From NCBI GenBank assembly GCA_903873295.1, contig CAIQNV010000064.1, positions 29,049 to 93,048 on the forward strand: DNA of 64,000 nucleotides, read 5' to 3'. This stretch comes from an uncultured Elusimicrobia bacterium. Its GTDB lineage: Bacteria > Elusimicrobiota > Elusimicrobia > Elusimicrobiales > UBA9959. A model generated the notes under the pieces. The model saw only the letters and a program-made list of their open reading frames with translations. It ran no database searches and had not been told where the DNA came from. Both the position numbers and the translations under genes were made by a program. Shown here one piece after another: positions 39,001 to 39,209 of this stretch; position 1 is the stretch's first letter, and every line of letters starts with the position of its first letter.

Positions 39001-39209
39001 GTCCTGCCGGCAGAATTAACTGAAATCTCGAACGCGCCCGCGCTGCGGAAAAAGCAGAGAACCCCGGCCAGCGTCAGGAATACCGCCGCCAGAACTCTCG
39101 CCGGCGGCAAGGGGAAGCCGCCTAATTTCTTAAGACCCGGACAAATACCGGCCAAAGCGGATTTAAGTCCGCTTAGTCTCCCTGCCGTTCGTCCTTTTCC
39201 AAGTGTCAT
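24..39209 (-). CDS. Giant secreted / cell-surface repeat protein, adhesin-like (13,061 aa)
   Basis: One uninterrupted ORF of 39,186 nt (ATG 39207-39209, TAG 24-26). It has an N-terminal hydrophobic signal/anchor, then three different repeat arrays, an FN3 domain and a C-terminal beta-sandwich sorting-like domain (sub-features below). A stop-free frame this long in GC-rich DNA, with coherent domain periodicity, argues for a real gene. Confidence 0.9.
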   Translation of the reverse strand: MTLGKGRTAGRLSGLKSALAGICPGLKKLGGFPLPPARVLAAVFLTLAGVLCFFRSAGAFEISVNSAGRTRFSNTRKVLYQPNLDRYWFFYTNDSGRFVYRSFKADVFTAETEVFSSVAGASGYGSIWHDAKNSQVYVVAPSTGAAGGIFLQRGTLSSGGTIAFGPVTTQLNPVININGAAGKTTPNMAGGIVKLDYASVPHLAAVVGGKQSGSENYGFIGSSNVLPSNVNDLNIGSAQAIAWGDNQTDSPAPDNTFAGIVPVGSAGNFLVSVRDGFTGGAPNSPYLELRRFGGAAPAEGVHESTMAVGNTNDTPAGYGFSMVNEPGTEYVHIAYVGSDGNLYYSSRTAAGLYSTPFLLDNSGTAVTAPLTNPSIGYSKRSDGTGAIFIVWTSAAGVLRMVTAPAGAGTGAPTSPQTLSDANGKWIYKSSWKTGDYAIVQSTEASPRPLAVIYENSGGVKFDYIATSTYPAPSFAACGVTRVSSSPVTAPYTTYKYDILISSQNGASCGFRYINELQSGASAYFLNSDGTVAADIKVSSVTCKAENAFRVCVGTLAISVDLQSPYSFNGRPYDLVVLNADKRETRLAGAITFDKEAPVVAISSPSDISPLDNYIGGANLNYSSGTSADTGGSGIDRVEYLLQFADGLKYWDGAAWTGSLPGVWPSTAAAASGGWLVHWSEPGKTVSWTTNQAYLLTVRSVDRAGNVSPEKSVPFLYDADAPLTVVSSPAPGTYNSRVAALSGTVSDQVSGVDVGNFKMKIERLSDHYTWDGSTWMSAAPANISTITAVVPSGAGAIKTWSLALPSTFYDLLAGSDTFMVYAWGRDLVNNPASAANVGVSASPGLTFSYTFSAPSLTAVSPADGSALNSVSVSSVVFTLNPEGGRIRQVWAAFLSTDTGGNYTRYWSAASAWTAGGTDPPAFHSSPVWLSTDAAGGGSPDMTFAPWPPATTYNGESPVTVVFKATTILSPAWADGMKYKIYLGAENTAGQRLLYYGPTSVSSHTFIYDVTAPTVTAHAWVTGLSTMPASPTWLNAVAIASGTIVDNVSDALDKRQVYLRVYDLGAARYLNPGTMVNFDYSDAATAWILREGITNDWAFDLTSAQFTTGGRYKLELYAKDKAGNQQAADCPYWSGSAAGACQTGSNPDEGGTAKYVRYFNFDPAKPGLSIVNPVVTSPMYVGGAAALNIPSGQAFDNSANESGIARVEYALQYAQADPTRHWEHFTSSGVWRASVTGDLWNAACDPAAGCGAASTGPVSRVWVSSNIAWVESQSYILKVRAVDRAGNVSNEQSTAFTYDSAAPVSAVTSPANGQVYVTRPLSVSGTAQDQTSTGTPAGLDQTFYVGIKRQSDNYWWNGSTWTAARSDPSMAIEPGTGVKTWSMTLPASFYDLLTAAYETFTVYSWGVDLVNNPSTAYANKESSGTPKCSYSFSSGEPLAEVKWPPAATIQNSVSSVTLDISAQGAGVDRVWAVFLDTGNYYWTGSSWSAHGGYNPASDSFVWLSTDSAFGGTPDTVFSPPRAESNILLTFDRTGTTVQSPKFEDGREYSIFARARNSVNQLADTSVNTGNYMFVYDVSRPTVTASARIAGLSAVSGSPSWVAEMSQVDGVITDNYAGGLNDLFLYARVWSMDQSRYLNPAGMQFDLLSGAGAQAWKSLTLSGALYSRDWSWVTSGVAWTDGYRYKLEIYGKDTAGNSHGSAVAPVYTRYFRIDSAKPLLSVTYPQAGNYGAGSLEKLLGTASDPGSGSGVYSVEYKLEHPDLDKWQYYSSSGVWKSQTAAIWNTAESTTTPSFAVWLSSNVAWANGEEYTLIARVRDAAGNYGAAYSTVTFKYDITAPETAVLAPADGGIYSVHLDTISGTIVDGPYTGRQTGLDLFKVGIRRASDLKWWNGAALGWQSSRADVAHSPPAGISWEQSLGGFWSGITADTFSVYAWGADKAGLDGGGAALPGAGLQNTESSTTLKSTFKYEVQAPSSTINQPAQNGWYSGNSGYTLDVIAGTSADNPVSGPGSGGSVSVVQAQISRGGDEAKCWNNTSAFDMDCGLAASWAALTNVSASTWSYSTVDLWPKVEDGLSYRVRFRAKDGAKAADDSPNPNVESSFTAGRNEITFKADRTAPSALITAPNTYDVYSFSGLSGTASDSNTLIKKVQVAFYSVSDSKWWNPATAGTFSLGDVNAPPESAYVDASTNTATPVVWTVGSSGIPAMNSTQVYRIFARAQDAVGNTGVFPGQTPTIPPSQSAYIEIRKLLSDPHSALTAPPAGEPHYTPAGLVAFAGTLTAGNTVQVRVTNVTADPNTVWTPGNVWLSTVAYLAGCGNTSYVAGQSTCAFFGADNLTWNKSVTAGSWPSGTNKFKVEARAAVEEGGSYILEYPPSAERYFIIDANDPSAGFVRPGAEFIKALAAIAGTAQDTAPGILSKVEVTISTGAAGLEKFWDGAYWVATSSWLAATADNPPFDTNSEPWSLASGLPVWAEAGTYWLQARVTDKAGRSKIFPSAGAAVPFTIDTTPPAARVLLPLDANSSGLRALAAISGTAADGKSNAAVDIAIRKYASPQKWYGGADFNVDGEIPNWIRINGTNGFLSPNATSWLYAPAGLDDDFVSGFNYLILVRSSDTAGNAQTQFDAGISSMVVRIDKDAPVSSVSLPADDGDGASGRYSPLDIGKAGKYFAGGAYDQPASTSSGVNAVQIRLAYLQSGGTWYWIGASFSSGTLAEAASWMSASLSGAAPTWAWSYQTAISWPAGDREYRLNSRAMDDARLSDDTGAGNLETAYTTTTFIVDGTPPAVQIVSPAALAHKAAFTISGTANADLAGHDQTYIRISTGADVNMKYWNGAVWTGSADTWLQTVRDSQTAWHYAVPGAMLASDIAYTAAVRARDYAGDYSSVYSTYTFTYDTAAPAITISYPLDGAAYSQIWLSTPLAGTSSQPGQSAPYTGVSAVTVQISSNPGGAGETCFTGAAWGACPSWLPAQGTVDNWSYNSANLNFSGNRQYKMEAKAADYAGNSAAASVIIKYDVSKPTSAVTYPLAGYTTGFAQILGLAADAADTYRADLGTYTVKVALKRLTGYETGWWNGAAFTGADPVWYEVSLATSGVNAGKFSYALPGPLQSYLSNSSNQNSSYRIVPWSYDLALNPEYGSGGGQPLSADIPSGAGITVSCDNEKPVTAITLPNLAAHNSMANITGTASHAAGIAEVRFTVYLPDTGRYYNPALADVWAFGTEDSAPWLAAQAAIYQTSASWTYNIQNSTWSSGYTYRVRARAKDVMGNYDTVYATATFLYDTSAPVSTVTVPSDGAYLNAQPGSLSGTSYDPGGSGVGAVKLYIQRASDGRYWDTSSWQLGPQQLPASPPYANWTRNLEPGLFTDGEILRVYTNASDAALNQEGFGLKSSFVYDVTRPTAAVFYPYNNGYLSQTAKISGGAYDKPNGMVADVFVRVKKTAGTADVNKYWCVNGSSWTAADTVNSVLAYGSLSSGATWWQLNTSPWLSGDTYEINAWALDKAGNSQLVYSTAAPVTADFTAPVSTITYPVHGAEIRSELAVITGSASDLSPGTLALVQVSYRCVDSVCANKYWNKTTRAWDSAAELFSDATLTGGGDSWLATGVSTPAWYTEMGGVQYQIFARAVDTAGNATEKPAGAAPNSSLIQFKLFPPTPVSYIIAPPAALTQYKSDAFPPVSGTAVYATTVALRITDYGADLTEGTGNDDKVWNGGAWVSTTSYTGYLGATTFTNPGWTLSVPAAAWTPNRRYRAVSRAEHTNGLKEDPSATREFIIDSTAPAAGITMPGKAYLQSLTALSGTVSDIAPGDVASAYFRVKRQTAETYWNWKASTFTASSAIGDDTYLPAALTWNDELKTGTVDYTTSYFTTGGAFEPGYSYVASLSATDKAGNSGTPASFQFAIDRSSPTARITLPYDANNSGIRQIASLAGTASDNFGNSEVYLALQQLGSPPKWFDGTDFLTPGADPVWLPVKTLGTLSPSATFWSYAPAGLDNKFTTEPTGLKYLILSKARDSAGNEQDTFGVGVSSLVIHVDKWPPTSSISLPADDGDGAGGRYRSVNIGKLAGGSRFSGTSNDLHYDLNNSTVARVEIRLSYLLNNDTWYWQSPGFSFGPVALANSWKTTSITANPPAYDWTYPNDISWPAGDMEYKLESRGMDDARLADDTGEGNLEDPQTRGVNVRYFIVDDTPPLVLVTTPSASVVRALPGIGGTAFDSGSGFSRAEIKISTGSGAAQRYWNGASSSWQPGEYWINVAPLGPASWYYTIPSAMLRDDAEYTAVARALDYAGNYSALYSTYTVTYDITGPLVSIVYPLDGRAYSQLLLSTPAAGTSSPNQVSAHTGVSTVAVAVSEISAADGLRCFNGTAFAACSDSVWLAAQGTTASWSYANPGLSFLGNREYKYEARALDEAGNYSAVSSVTTKYDVNKPTSAITSPLSGYTTGFIRISGIADDGTDQYRAGLGTYTVKVALQRLTGVPNWWNVNAFSSADPKWYEVSVDTSDTGYGGWSYALPAALQTALSVGGSNDYMIVSWAYDLARNREFGPGGADPASADIPSGVGRTVRYDNSLPVAVTTAPVNLSARNSVTALYGVVTDTGVIVGVRVLVKARGTWNATWNGGATGTSADWDGGSPSKYGQWRSAVYSNGAWSLVLPPLSPLDGSKISVWARGYDEAGNWQAAPSNAQIDQNQNADSSAAYYFVFDTAPPVTGITAPDRYAVNAATGLIVGTSSDPGLEPGGVSQVRLRLRRSDDKYWHFTNKSWTALAGEDFLADFVSPWSRAILPVSQSQEDGYEYKIYSLAIDNALNNADKAYFSTFTFIVDLTTPTAKVAAPAHGVFIKGPVLAISGTADDSVVWPAPRDYKSGIAAGGVEVSLQRLTDGKWWDGAGGWNAARLWQAAAFSGVSSGTWSYSLPAGAITNNTTYYAVSRARDIAANLQVSYTTNYFARDDTAPDSRAVSPAGQVSAVNSISGTAGDTLPGELLNSGVVLVALKKVNEPQLCYDNSLPAWVSCPGAVYPGDRLWFSTAAISDVRGQPGTWSWDTSALSWDNGGSYELQALAVDKAGNMRPYPGADYPDITFTLVTPAAYTSIYVPNTEMGNYQSSALKNLSGSGSNLRTANNIQVRLKRLKEPASWWYEPGKAWVAADTYTYTNVAGGGAGTWAVTFSSAEAFITDNSSYSFTTAGFSSDDVMQSPLTNRTVIVDNTKPLSAVLLPGKLYVNTMASISGTAYDPGREELPVAYREGMSRVLIYVKDDALNRYWNGLTFDTLMSSSSILASGTLNWSTATAVTPALSDGKSYTIFTQPWDKAGNYDDNALNGPGYQVIYDTTPPSSGFSLPAPFAILNSTPAIAGTAADPAGTNSPSLKSGLARVEVQLFDQTTGAYWHEGQGNFVNGISSFNIVAGTETWTYPHTLSASKLQSGRYYILNSRAVDNAGNNHAQFAAGVSSITFIWDTTPPQAFVTLPAAGGNYKPSALAAGNALNGTASDASLPFVGMQLSTTQINLSYLSGGVTYYWSGLAFTGAAAEGDAIQDSAWKDASSSSTWKYTALSAGDWVSDKLYTLRARAFDKAGPLGVHGGNESAWTVVNFTVDGTPPVSRVSTPTANSVIQNSLAEISGTSYGGLSGLAASSGLKLRISHVVSADTYYWRGTAALGWSSNTVTDLPVTYTASASTITWSYPPVSYDPPAISIDNHVYTLSIAGLDKAGNQETPAAITITSDFNYPVITISTPMPTVNAFYGPNRPTGQLLGTSADNPAQIVPPIRTQLSNLSEEGEIKPKWDGSAWTVLASTWLGVSGTDTWSYTPPAWPENKRFRVQMKAVDSAGNQVPDEAFVREFIYDVNKPSATITVPSAAFHNAAQIASLSGTALDWAAYGATEAISGLAVDGVEVQIVDTAGLVFNGTGFASGTFWRKTVFTPVSYFIDPVLSTSIVAGANWSYPRAPDVWPPVSPLVEGSTYTVRARSLDRSLNTGFYQEKSFCYDTSAPTATIVMPGNNLAYTALPVISGTVLEQFSGLNPADGVQLVIQRVADLNYWNGTDWDTDFLAASHWRNASFGAGAWSLTDANLNSYFNTIKASNASYQFRLYIRAKDSVGNQSRSGISAPVNPDSTFTLDPVVPYSKVTFPSSGAYLNAPVTYIGGTASDNSSGVPSGLSWVKVRFSRLNSLGARFYYSTLNNNWTSVEGDWQFAYVKAPIFVSPWTTETLPATVFTGADGYLYEIQSQARDNTQAVNGGPNTEVLFATSTFLVDFSTPAAVIQQPAALTYLRTLSSLSGTVADPVGGGGTPSELKNIWVELSDTDLKPNRYWNFGSSAWQTTYSSGAITVSADWTVAASSLPNNGADSRSWSVGRSTAVFVLKIKALDKAGNYADFNLNQSTFTLDLLNPVSNVTSPPTENGPYLVVSSITGTAADYTSGISSVQIRIQQDVNATQDPSCADSAKNGFYWSGSGWQSGERWLGVNSYNIATSSWNFDASGLVFSAYCYYIIRSSASDNVANGEASWGSRRFRYMPRPAVTGINVPANNRYYKGLTRVSGTANDDTKLLDLQLRRLSDSYYWNFSAVSWQAAISSVSITPVAGAWSQDSLPALVSGSSYTFTSAGLSKSDVYETGLVDNRIYFDTDKPSALVQLPSSSQLYYKSLPRLGGTAQDPPGIKPPASGISKVWAEIYAVNGPHEGKFWDNATSTFTVSWNQPGNEGTYYLAASSWEYVVSYPTAAYSNGAQYRVRAKSLDNTYRDGAFEGTESDFSDLNLLFSFDVTAPTAAVTAVTAGQRRSGISVASGTLTEEAVLANDSGYQPGLQIQGVKAGIRYNTIGGLYWDNVSSWQVAPVVWPASVFQSSWSYSNLPVWADGGSYTLWAEATDKAGNVQTNFAGNFSSVTFTVDLAAPAAVITSVQTSTRVAVLASVSGTASDPNWLTNSGIAGVNNTQVQLFYLLAGVTYYYDNFDTFSSGLAEVNAWWPATSWAPQGLSSGTWTYARVGLGAAMISDRAYTIKVRAQDNAVPVPNPADLSANISAVYDVVFDTTPPSLGISAPSEAARLNTIPAISGTANADLAGLKDVRLNVYKFTGGVWQPVSSNNQANMIWSSTWSWTTLSGLITNTTYQVTARAQDQANNWSPVYSTVTFVYDITPPVVLVARPVGERYYGANVSSAAYYLDQMDGIASDLFGINRAEVQLYEWASNSYWHTTGWIVNVSSWQYAGGTSWSYTPPALKDGYRYRLYARAFDMAGTTSPIITSDFYYDSSKPVSVLTAPGAAGFYNSLAQLAGTAADAPGGGANKSDMLKVEVAIQKDPQLPTAQWWNGASFTSDDLVWTANTSSPWPNWFLSGASTPTWATNTKYHIEARAMDVARNTSTIVTQDFIYDTQVPDVLVTEPSGLLTYLGTLPFIRGTSADSNALGEIREVQARVKNAGNNYYWSWGSNSYAETESNSWFVVSATETVPYSRWFVTGTPPGKPTGVILLSGSTYEISARALDKAGNYSSLYSTRTITYDVGKPTGAVTALAGLPPGPYQRQINPLSGSGFDGPSGGAAGLASLGAGGAQLRILEKETGKWWDNTGGIFVDVADGNYAWFGCTGGSPELWTLAHSSLNGALYTGRNYLVQYRGSDKSTPANTGPSSDGLDSFFTLGKDSVTFTADRLEPVSRVTFPLNTAHIKELVTITGTAADANSGIAAMGQIAVSMQEVSPGAGWWNGVVSGTFTAVSETFYPLSPALNGTYSGGAWSFSAPPLQDGYSYRVRVRAVDNAIPGGNTEVDISSITFIYDVTAPAAVITYPTGLPDPRGNLRALASVSGTAYESFGIKSTSVSVRESDSGLYYDPYAVPIATFNSTAQKWITAAVFGSGPNYTWSAAAPPLTDNKNYDLQVVAEDLSGMVMPLGGAVVIRYDITPPVSRPVTPADGSFLKELVSVTGTAQDLYSNPSGVAGSQIKIQRPDGNYWNGATWALPVFWLTGVPGSSWTKNTQLPPSDNLTGLQDGLSYTVQTRSYDIAANTQTVYLAGNSFTFDVSSPTAYVSLPLNGSRKISLPLVSGTAADAFNVDFPRIRVYDAGTGKYWMEGSGSCGGVALPGWVGFTDGCSSFPEIWNVALDSAAAGGSFNWRYDSSSLAWPNRDNELRVEAKVTDRAGNYSVASSTFSFDDVAPSSRITYPPANGALYSSMTAIAGTSYDLTSAISNVQIRMWYLSGASTYYWQPITPHWSASDTGWWPIANGPGGKDTTNPWSYTNSDFANPGAGNYAWKEGTHDGGNGKTFYLVTKAVDAATNNETLFSTRTFVFDNVPPLSAPVQPGVDTSYNNLPAIYGTSVDAVTTVASARLSILSQDEPEGPRYFNGSVFADTTETWLPILPGDLFTSSWTYAPGLLSFTSGRHYIIKSSATDSIGNVQSAVGQSRFLFDQQEPHSAVVLPENTTVNKDDQAILGNASDPGFTSGINGTGSGVYPSLAWHRGKIETLVFRDTAPFLASNGPVVSGGYDDSGYFWNGSTWTPSAGAPVWTTAQFTDSFGNWQYTGLVCDNPAERAAHTCWVRGDSYVSWVRVTDNAGNMQTSIEQGPKFYIADPAQSFLVTVDADPMTAGSDPNMTVEARDGANGTGNTARAYQGTINFYVDGVPGGPEVMNTDPVPDNYHGLPPRYTFLPGDYGVKTFPVRLRKAGARALRAEDRSNSAIFGSRSVTVTPAAADRVQVIADFDPSGQLPFPGRTELGVEGSTGVPRVKPAGSSVPFLLQVTDKYWNLVVSSAARVYVTDTDLNNNNISHDGYVNFVGSTTIYRTLVSASPSGWAVSATEQGLYVNERNPSTSVPVVSQTADRLLALFPGETRVQGKWDVQPYGKTGTPSGLLAGATFQAAVYGVDEYYNTDTAAGFKVYASIPTDPYDSDPSPGTLAAGVTSFIFTPVVAATHTIKAESSSLPAATSVYYTPAPATIWWNRPAKLQLIAPGQSLVPGLPPYDADPATGGKSGAPDALTAGSTAQMAVYLVDEYYNVVKGTTPFMAVSSNTPLVQIDFLNDANIQLRGMHETPYRRSLIAGATNFSVIPVTRNLSPGLSVRVADTGQPFGTRFSTDTVSGLIVNPASAQKLLLLVPSETPAEGVLSGKTGTAGPLTAGTTYTITVRAVDIYNNLTPADGRIVRLYSNDIYAVHPPAQSLAGGIAEIEGFMPSAATSNLVIDAVDYDSIPAKLSTGTDSGIVVDPGTASRLIIQLRDQYLVPGKVIAPYGVEGGISTQTAGIPFDAQVYAADSRYNRVPGSGLNKTIRATSDDPFANVPFTSGSGDFGMTGGSVTVSNIDLRTAGQRTLTVTDWSGSNPQLGNITSSGFLLIPNTPTRLRALLPGESRVAGSTGNGRSGAAAGQKAGVSFTVTVDITDAFWNLTPGASQEIRLITDDPSAVVTPGSQVIIGSAAFTVAPVRAGSTVLRAEMVPPGLDGGPTLSEDIATTVNVAPGVPRRLLLLLPGESFSQGSANGKAGVPETTSAGSSDFKVRVGVVDDYFNLVPGRPADVKVKTPTDIYAPAVSTASIDIASGYTTDQIYVSMRRAATHYLAASDFGSSGLSDSPQSSTFTVRPAAPVGLQLLLPGETAVPGSGNYPSGGKILSASTQTAGTGFSATVNLVDKYMNVYQDLSVGPTVYLVTSDTYDIDPASAPMSYGTLQAPLNLVTKANPASVKVYSVGLADNYVCSGNPGDAGTNVGECRMDDAASKVSFRVYASTAVRLEVVLPGQTLVEGKCAGGPCKNTALDWPGRSGPPAQHTIGTGSLFARVYLTDMFFNRATEGSGSAQDTNPAAVMPGVRVTMPGDPKGVVPAVQTLANGSAVFELDTRTSISTYTVLAATSATSSVYYQSGISTLTVNPGPAAGMVYVVTSTTVVAGTPFSALLYVKDAYDNICSTGPNVYLGTAAFVVTAQSNHLQDPGLTALSTTYYSADFGVKNLVNWFTLRKAGIDFIGAHDQSSQSVGVSPLLSLYVLAGPPAVYHVSPNSDVEVPAGYNTTEGRGVQVLTAQLTDTFDNNISSAGLPAYVSVAEVYGSTGVLQYKSGLSWTDVNVSTLVYTDAAGGVGISTPLAYQVSSKAGDWARVWVGTFTLDQAAYGSYAAARQNLSGQLITTGGVPSKLVYVSSQAEAMAGIKEMAGTGASFTVERRDDWDNVTKQGQTDVSLNLPAEQVAVHTGLGRVMGTPVSAGDYGFRDTANELFVSAVTIQPTQSRASFRYHDRTSSYSGLSPDKNSYEGGRPGYWQLEASFGDGKSANKTTHQLRVNPAEVAQVAFGNAPRSMTAGKITNILGDAQAFKAELRDLFSNPSVATVPVQVLLSTYTRQASRLNDSFSFSASSGIAFGAFPPVFASTVSYVAIPLNAYATAFYYLDTTASGVYASSAAPVRPILKLSVPERESWFASTQSVTILPDITSRINVSQNAGQILTAGVISQRFMLSIEDIYGNPTPLMSGQEDSVGAGVAFALNSTSLGDVKFAAPDAVGFVSKPGTARMSLEQASTSFYLIDTLTSSPTHQLTVNTKLVRNWIPAVSSYTVRPAQPDHMLFYTPPRRLVAGTTLQYEGFSVGPPAAAGVSTTTVLTVVLRDRYENNTTTSADVTVRFSSLRNTTRGGVDPSSPVLSTNPAWKSLISTVSLNIPPGYSYASIYVWDTQVGTATIIANAGISLYGVTLPAISQGQYITPDVATYFTLHHNYTLSSPLRVNSPGYLTVRARDQFGNIATGDAMNGRYYTGKIKMSANGKGWFDLWAFPPPNTTDYTFTPDDRGEHQLLVQDTLVESLKVNATDYNTPAIFGYTGDSGRGGLTQYSSADVVLAGLVVTPRDIAPEDPMPAAKTSIGITRSAIYQGDGVTTDAPAPVPILRLTMQTFPTGAPSASMKSVLVKNSGTLPYSDIVQINMYADSLTAGVPGLFDGETVLNGSPVDTFMSSGTYDTGLTGWKFEDLNVKVPLASIVSSLVPRNFFFAVRMSTAAATPSNFALVMDSPEFVVLNSTLVGVAYNNFPIATSTAPVRNTPAIVHIKGTDIGAWWKSGTDAAQSAYVEQGLDRAGFLAIQAWTENFVGTIRSFKIIKTGSGSGADLLSVRLFLDDNGNGTFDKALDKEVTDPSDPPTYNSSDPGTFVLPLYNPTVDGMVTVSTRTYFVVYEFAPNAAASPMPLSPDTMVTHGARLETSAVSLLDGVVGAFAPIVSSIVPLYATSDMVYLFDVNNSAPNGFSKPSYVTQSDVNKVVARLTLKIKDTSGSAVWRGLKLDRWVTASENGDTPAWNKVTDVTKINLWYDSTGDGLLETTTTVKDTEVALPGSQLRTFPYDALRLPLKLDDTGIRVNDIQKFFQADSPFPRAPGRLIINDDQEDPALKEVVYYSTVNVLTNTFSGLTRGAEGTSAVAWASGTVVSGQAVLPLIGENGSLDGQVIYTTPKDYFVTYDISPLAYASNFSYLGMAIRSTDYFYIDSPKFMSPANIGVMSPGKTLSLIGRVAEYPDAVIVTATDTITGDTLQQKAVDQAILTFTIKTGVSDAVWRWMMVYATGTVVKEATAMNDVTTVKIWYDKDNNGVLGAGDEMIGSGAFGNTIFGPLAARVEVAPQRVVTSAEAKADALSQRYFITYDIKESAMPNDALGNTRYLGAYLKTESFPQNSPGTEDPSKNSISLPNYFSPADSNLTFSSRAREIISAPSTVTVLTEPVFSPGGGASELSTRLAQDIFGGLPSGTTDSAWLVVSTAGLPSSGYLVADNEIVRYYGTANGALTTVIRGAFNTAAVGHSSNTLVGGMVSQGTENFPYMKMTITTSGYGVRWRGLRLFRKLPAGLYGYDSDVGMIKIWKDNGNGVFDRDSGSGTNTADVLVGSGRFGVGDFTGRATIYVVDPALINQDYVVVSNAPTVFFVTMDIAATSRFSHEKLTPQNDVLGIEVPSETNFIFGPDNSGHSAKFLTPAEGPVTVVMPTLNNILLTPEDISPASVVQNDKNVGVLVMRMQADKTSAQVEAIKLSRRGTANDSDIDLIKVWSDSNGNCLLDSADTSTTTIGFYPNLMSYGNEAYSSGTVNIALKTAINVTTTPSCAFISYDISQFALVGSNAGLTINSAADFVISSPHTISLSTWPVSTLPMPVAEIPSKVALGANDMAAALVQTGGVTQAQAGVPMARFNLATEAGNARWSAIKLQRTGASNDPTTPFGVNTDVKFVSIYQDSNQNDLFDAGDTNISEAATSLAALFTSTDTVPFRLVVQSTAGFPSEGRLYLSDSELVSYSGSGTAPSGKPYLNIISRGDKLGSLATPLITHPALSAARKVDLFDQDNPLNTQMSITLSQGQTLSPLPQTYFGVYDIGETAVKSNKVGLMVRDKSWLVVNIPHDVSPSIYMGVTNTLPKGSYSDAYPFSSSLVPVQSVTLAVTGSDVAPKSVEKNTRNVPMLTFSLSTLSDYVAIGQISFAQAGSISGATAGYGDGDLTGVSLWKDDGDGAFNPITDYRLGYTMHSATNPFKNGIVVNIKDGNLPYLVISTGAVIIHLTCDISSSTDLSNSDTMAHLVSLSLSAFADLHGLSGLPLTAGQYLTDSYPMTSNQVLISPAIIPLTPVYSPVMVASNGYPAFAKLDAGGNVVTGAGNIPLADASRWIYNKPPAGCAAGEPLIDINGDGIPDNLDFYGTGKCRNISLNNSGLPSFDIDGDNFLDLDTNMDYVPDRVIDDGAGKPLYFVGDNVKNSKLLLAVSDLGAVPSVWSAKATELSAMWSPASGPVVSYELSLGDSFSDPTGIKNSWQPAGTALSGKVTNVALSPGHFTRLVSRIDINSSSFTVQSTEGFSDEGVVYVGNEIMLVNKLDAVMFKIVERGVQGSFKGFHTSWGETVSDRGYVMSVRGVMADGRYVPNVNGMPIMIYRIDTTYPTTPGAPEPQVAMGQASGQAYTLKWDSAVDAESNIMSYEVQERVGISPAWKTVAAIPGFKTGGAINNIYTIGDTSVPGETPRLLGTYYTYRVRSWNFAGQHSEWSPVSTPAGTTIGSELLSNLSSYPNPVDLRKGGVEGRVDIVYILNDNAEVSMTIYDLLGYVVREFKFSSGSEGGKPGTNHVLWNGQNGLGGTVSKGGYIVRVKASSPKGSKVIMRKIGVIH
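27..330 (-). other. C-terminal FlgD-Ig-like / T9SS type-A-like sorting domain (~100 aa)
   Basis: The C-terminal peptide is SYPNPVDLRKGGVEGRVDIVYILNDNAEVSMTIYDLLGYVVREFKFS...NHVLWNGQNGLGGTVSKGGYIVRVKASSPKGSKVIMRKIGVIH. It fits the pattern [Y]-P-N-P ... I-x-Y-x-L ... V-x-[LI]-x-I-Y-D-x-x-G ... W-[DN]-G ... G-x-x-V-x-x-G-x-Y, typical of Por-secretion C-terminal sorting domains and FlgD-Ig domains. Confidence 0.65.
375..700 (-). other. Fibronectin type III-like domain
   Basis: The peptide is PTTPGAPEPQVAMGQASGQAYTLKWDSAVDAESNIMSYEVQERVGISPAWKTVAAIPGF...YYTYRVRSWNFAGQHSEWSPVS. It matches the classic FN3 pattern P-x-x-P ... [LV]-x-W ... Y-x-[VI] ... Y-x-[FY]-R-V-x-A-x-N-x-x-G-x-S-x-[WP]-S. Confidence 0.75.
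1263..1453 (-). other. Asp-rich, Ca2+-binding-like (thrombospondin type 3 / dockerin / EF-hand-like) stretch
   Basis: The peptide is LIDINGDGIPDNLDFYGTGKCRNISLNNSGLPSFDIDGDNFLDLDTNMDYVPDRVIDDGAGKP. It contains two D-x-[DN]-G-D-x-x-x-D loops plus further acidic clusters. Confidence 0.5.
1650..6859 (-). repeat. Array 3: eight copies of an uncharacterised 185-270-aa module with a W-D-x-[ND]-x-[ND]-G-x-[FL]-D motif
   Basis: Motif instances read from the sequence, with approximate nt position: INMYADSLTAGVPGLFDGE (~6,610); VRLFLDDNGNGTFDKALD (~6,040); INLWYDSTGDGLLE (~5,480); VKIWYDKDNNGVLGAGDE (~4,670); IKIWKDNGNGVFDRD (~3,860); IKVWSDSNGNCLLDSAD (~3,310); VSIYQDSNQNDLFDAGD (~2,760); VSLWKDDGDGAFNPITD (~1,965). 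Each is preceded by a strand pair such as ...A-x-W-R-G-L-[KR]-L-x-R... and followed by ...Y-F-[IV]-x-Y-D-I.... Confidence 0.7.
6860..13605 (-). repeat. Array 2: about 16 invasin/intimin-type (Big_1-like) units
   Basis: The repeated unit is [RK]-L-x-[LA]-L-[LF]-P-G-[EQ]-[ST] ... G-K-[ST]-G ... A-G-x-x-[FY] ... V-x-x-V-D-x-[YF]-[YFW]-N. Examples: RLLALFPGETRV...VYGVDEYYN; KLQLIAPGQSLV...VYLVDEYYN; RLLLLLPGESFS...VVDDYFN; GLQLLLPGETAV...NLVDKYMN. About 2,250 aa in total. Confidence 0.65.
13606..37440 (-). repeat. Array 1: about 60 tandem Ig-like (bacterial Ig / cadherin-like beta-sandwich) modules
   Basis: The recurrent module pattern is D-x-x-x-P-x-[ST]-x-[IV]-x-x-P ... [IL]-[ST]-G-T-A-x-D ... 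W-N-G-x-x-W ... Y-x-[IL/V]-x-x-R-A-x-D-x-A-G-N ... [FY]-x-[YF]-D. I counted about 61 D-x-AGN-type strand motifs (DRAGN, DKAGN, DTAGN, DYAGN, DEAGN and variants) across ~7,950 aa. The array starts at FDKEAPVVAISSP (nt ~37,437) and ends before GPKFYIADPAQSF (nt ~13,606). Confidence 0.8.
37441..39032 (-). other. Non-repetitive N-terminal head domain of the giant protein (~530 aa), fold unknown
   Basis: Residues ~60-590 show no internal periodicity. The sequence is Gly/Ser/Thr/Ala-rich with alternating short hydrophobic strands (e.g. YWFFYTNDSGRFVYRSF, VHIAYVGSDGNLYYSS, AIFIVWTSAAGVLRMV), which suggests an all-beta globular head. A propeller-like fold is only a guess. Confidence 0.4.
39033..39101 (-). 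other. Hydrophobic core of an extended signal peptide or N-terminal membrane anchor of the giant protein
   Basis: A 36-aa basic N-region (MTLGKGRTAGRLSGLKSALAGICPGLKKLGGFPLPP) is followed by ARVLAAVFLTLAGVLCFFRSAGA/FE, which has an A-x-A-like cleavage context. Coordinates are derived from residue numbers 37-59. Confidence 0.6.

Noticed and set aside
396-39023. Dozens of plus-strand ORFs of 60-624 aa lie opposite the giant gene, e.g. 23667-25541 (624 aa), 32241-33890 (549 aa), 30777-31886, 14523-15575 and 36162-37217.
   Set aside because: They are antisense to a continuous 39-kb ORF. Their translations are Arg/Gly/Ala/Pro/His-rich low-complexity strings typical of the reverse frame of GC-rich coding DNA. 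They have no SD or start context and no recognisable motifs.
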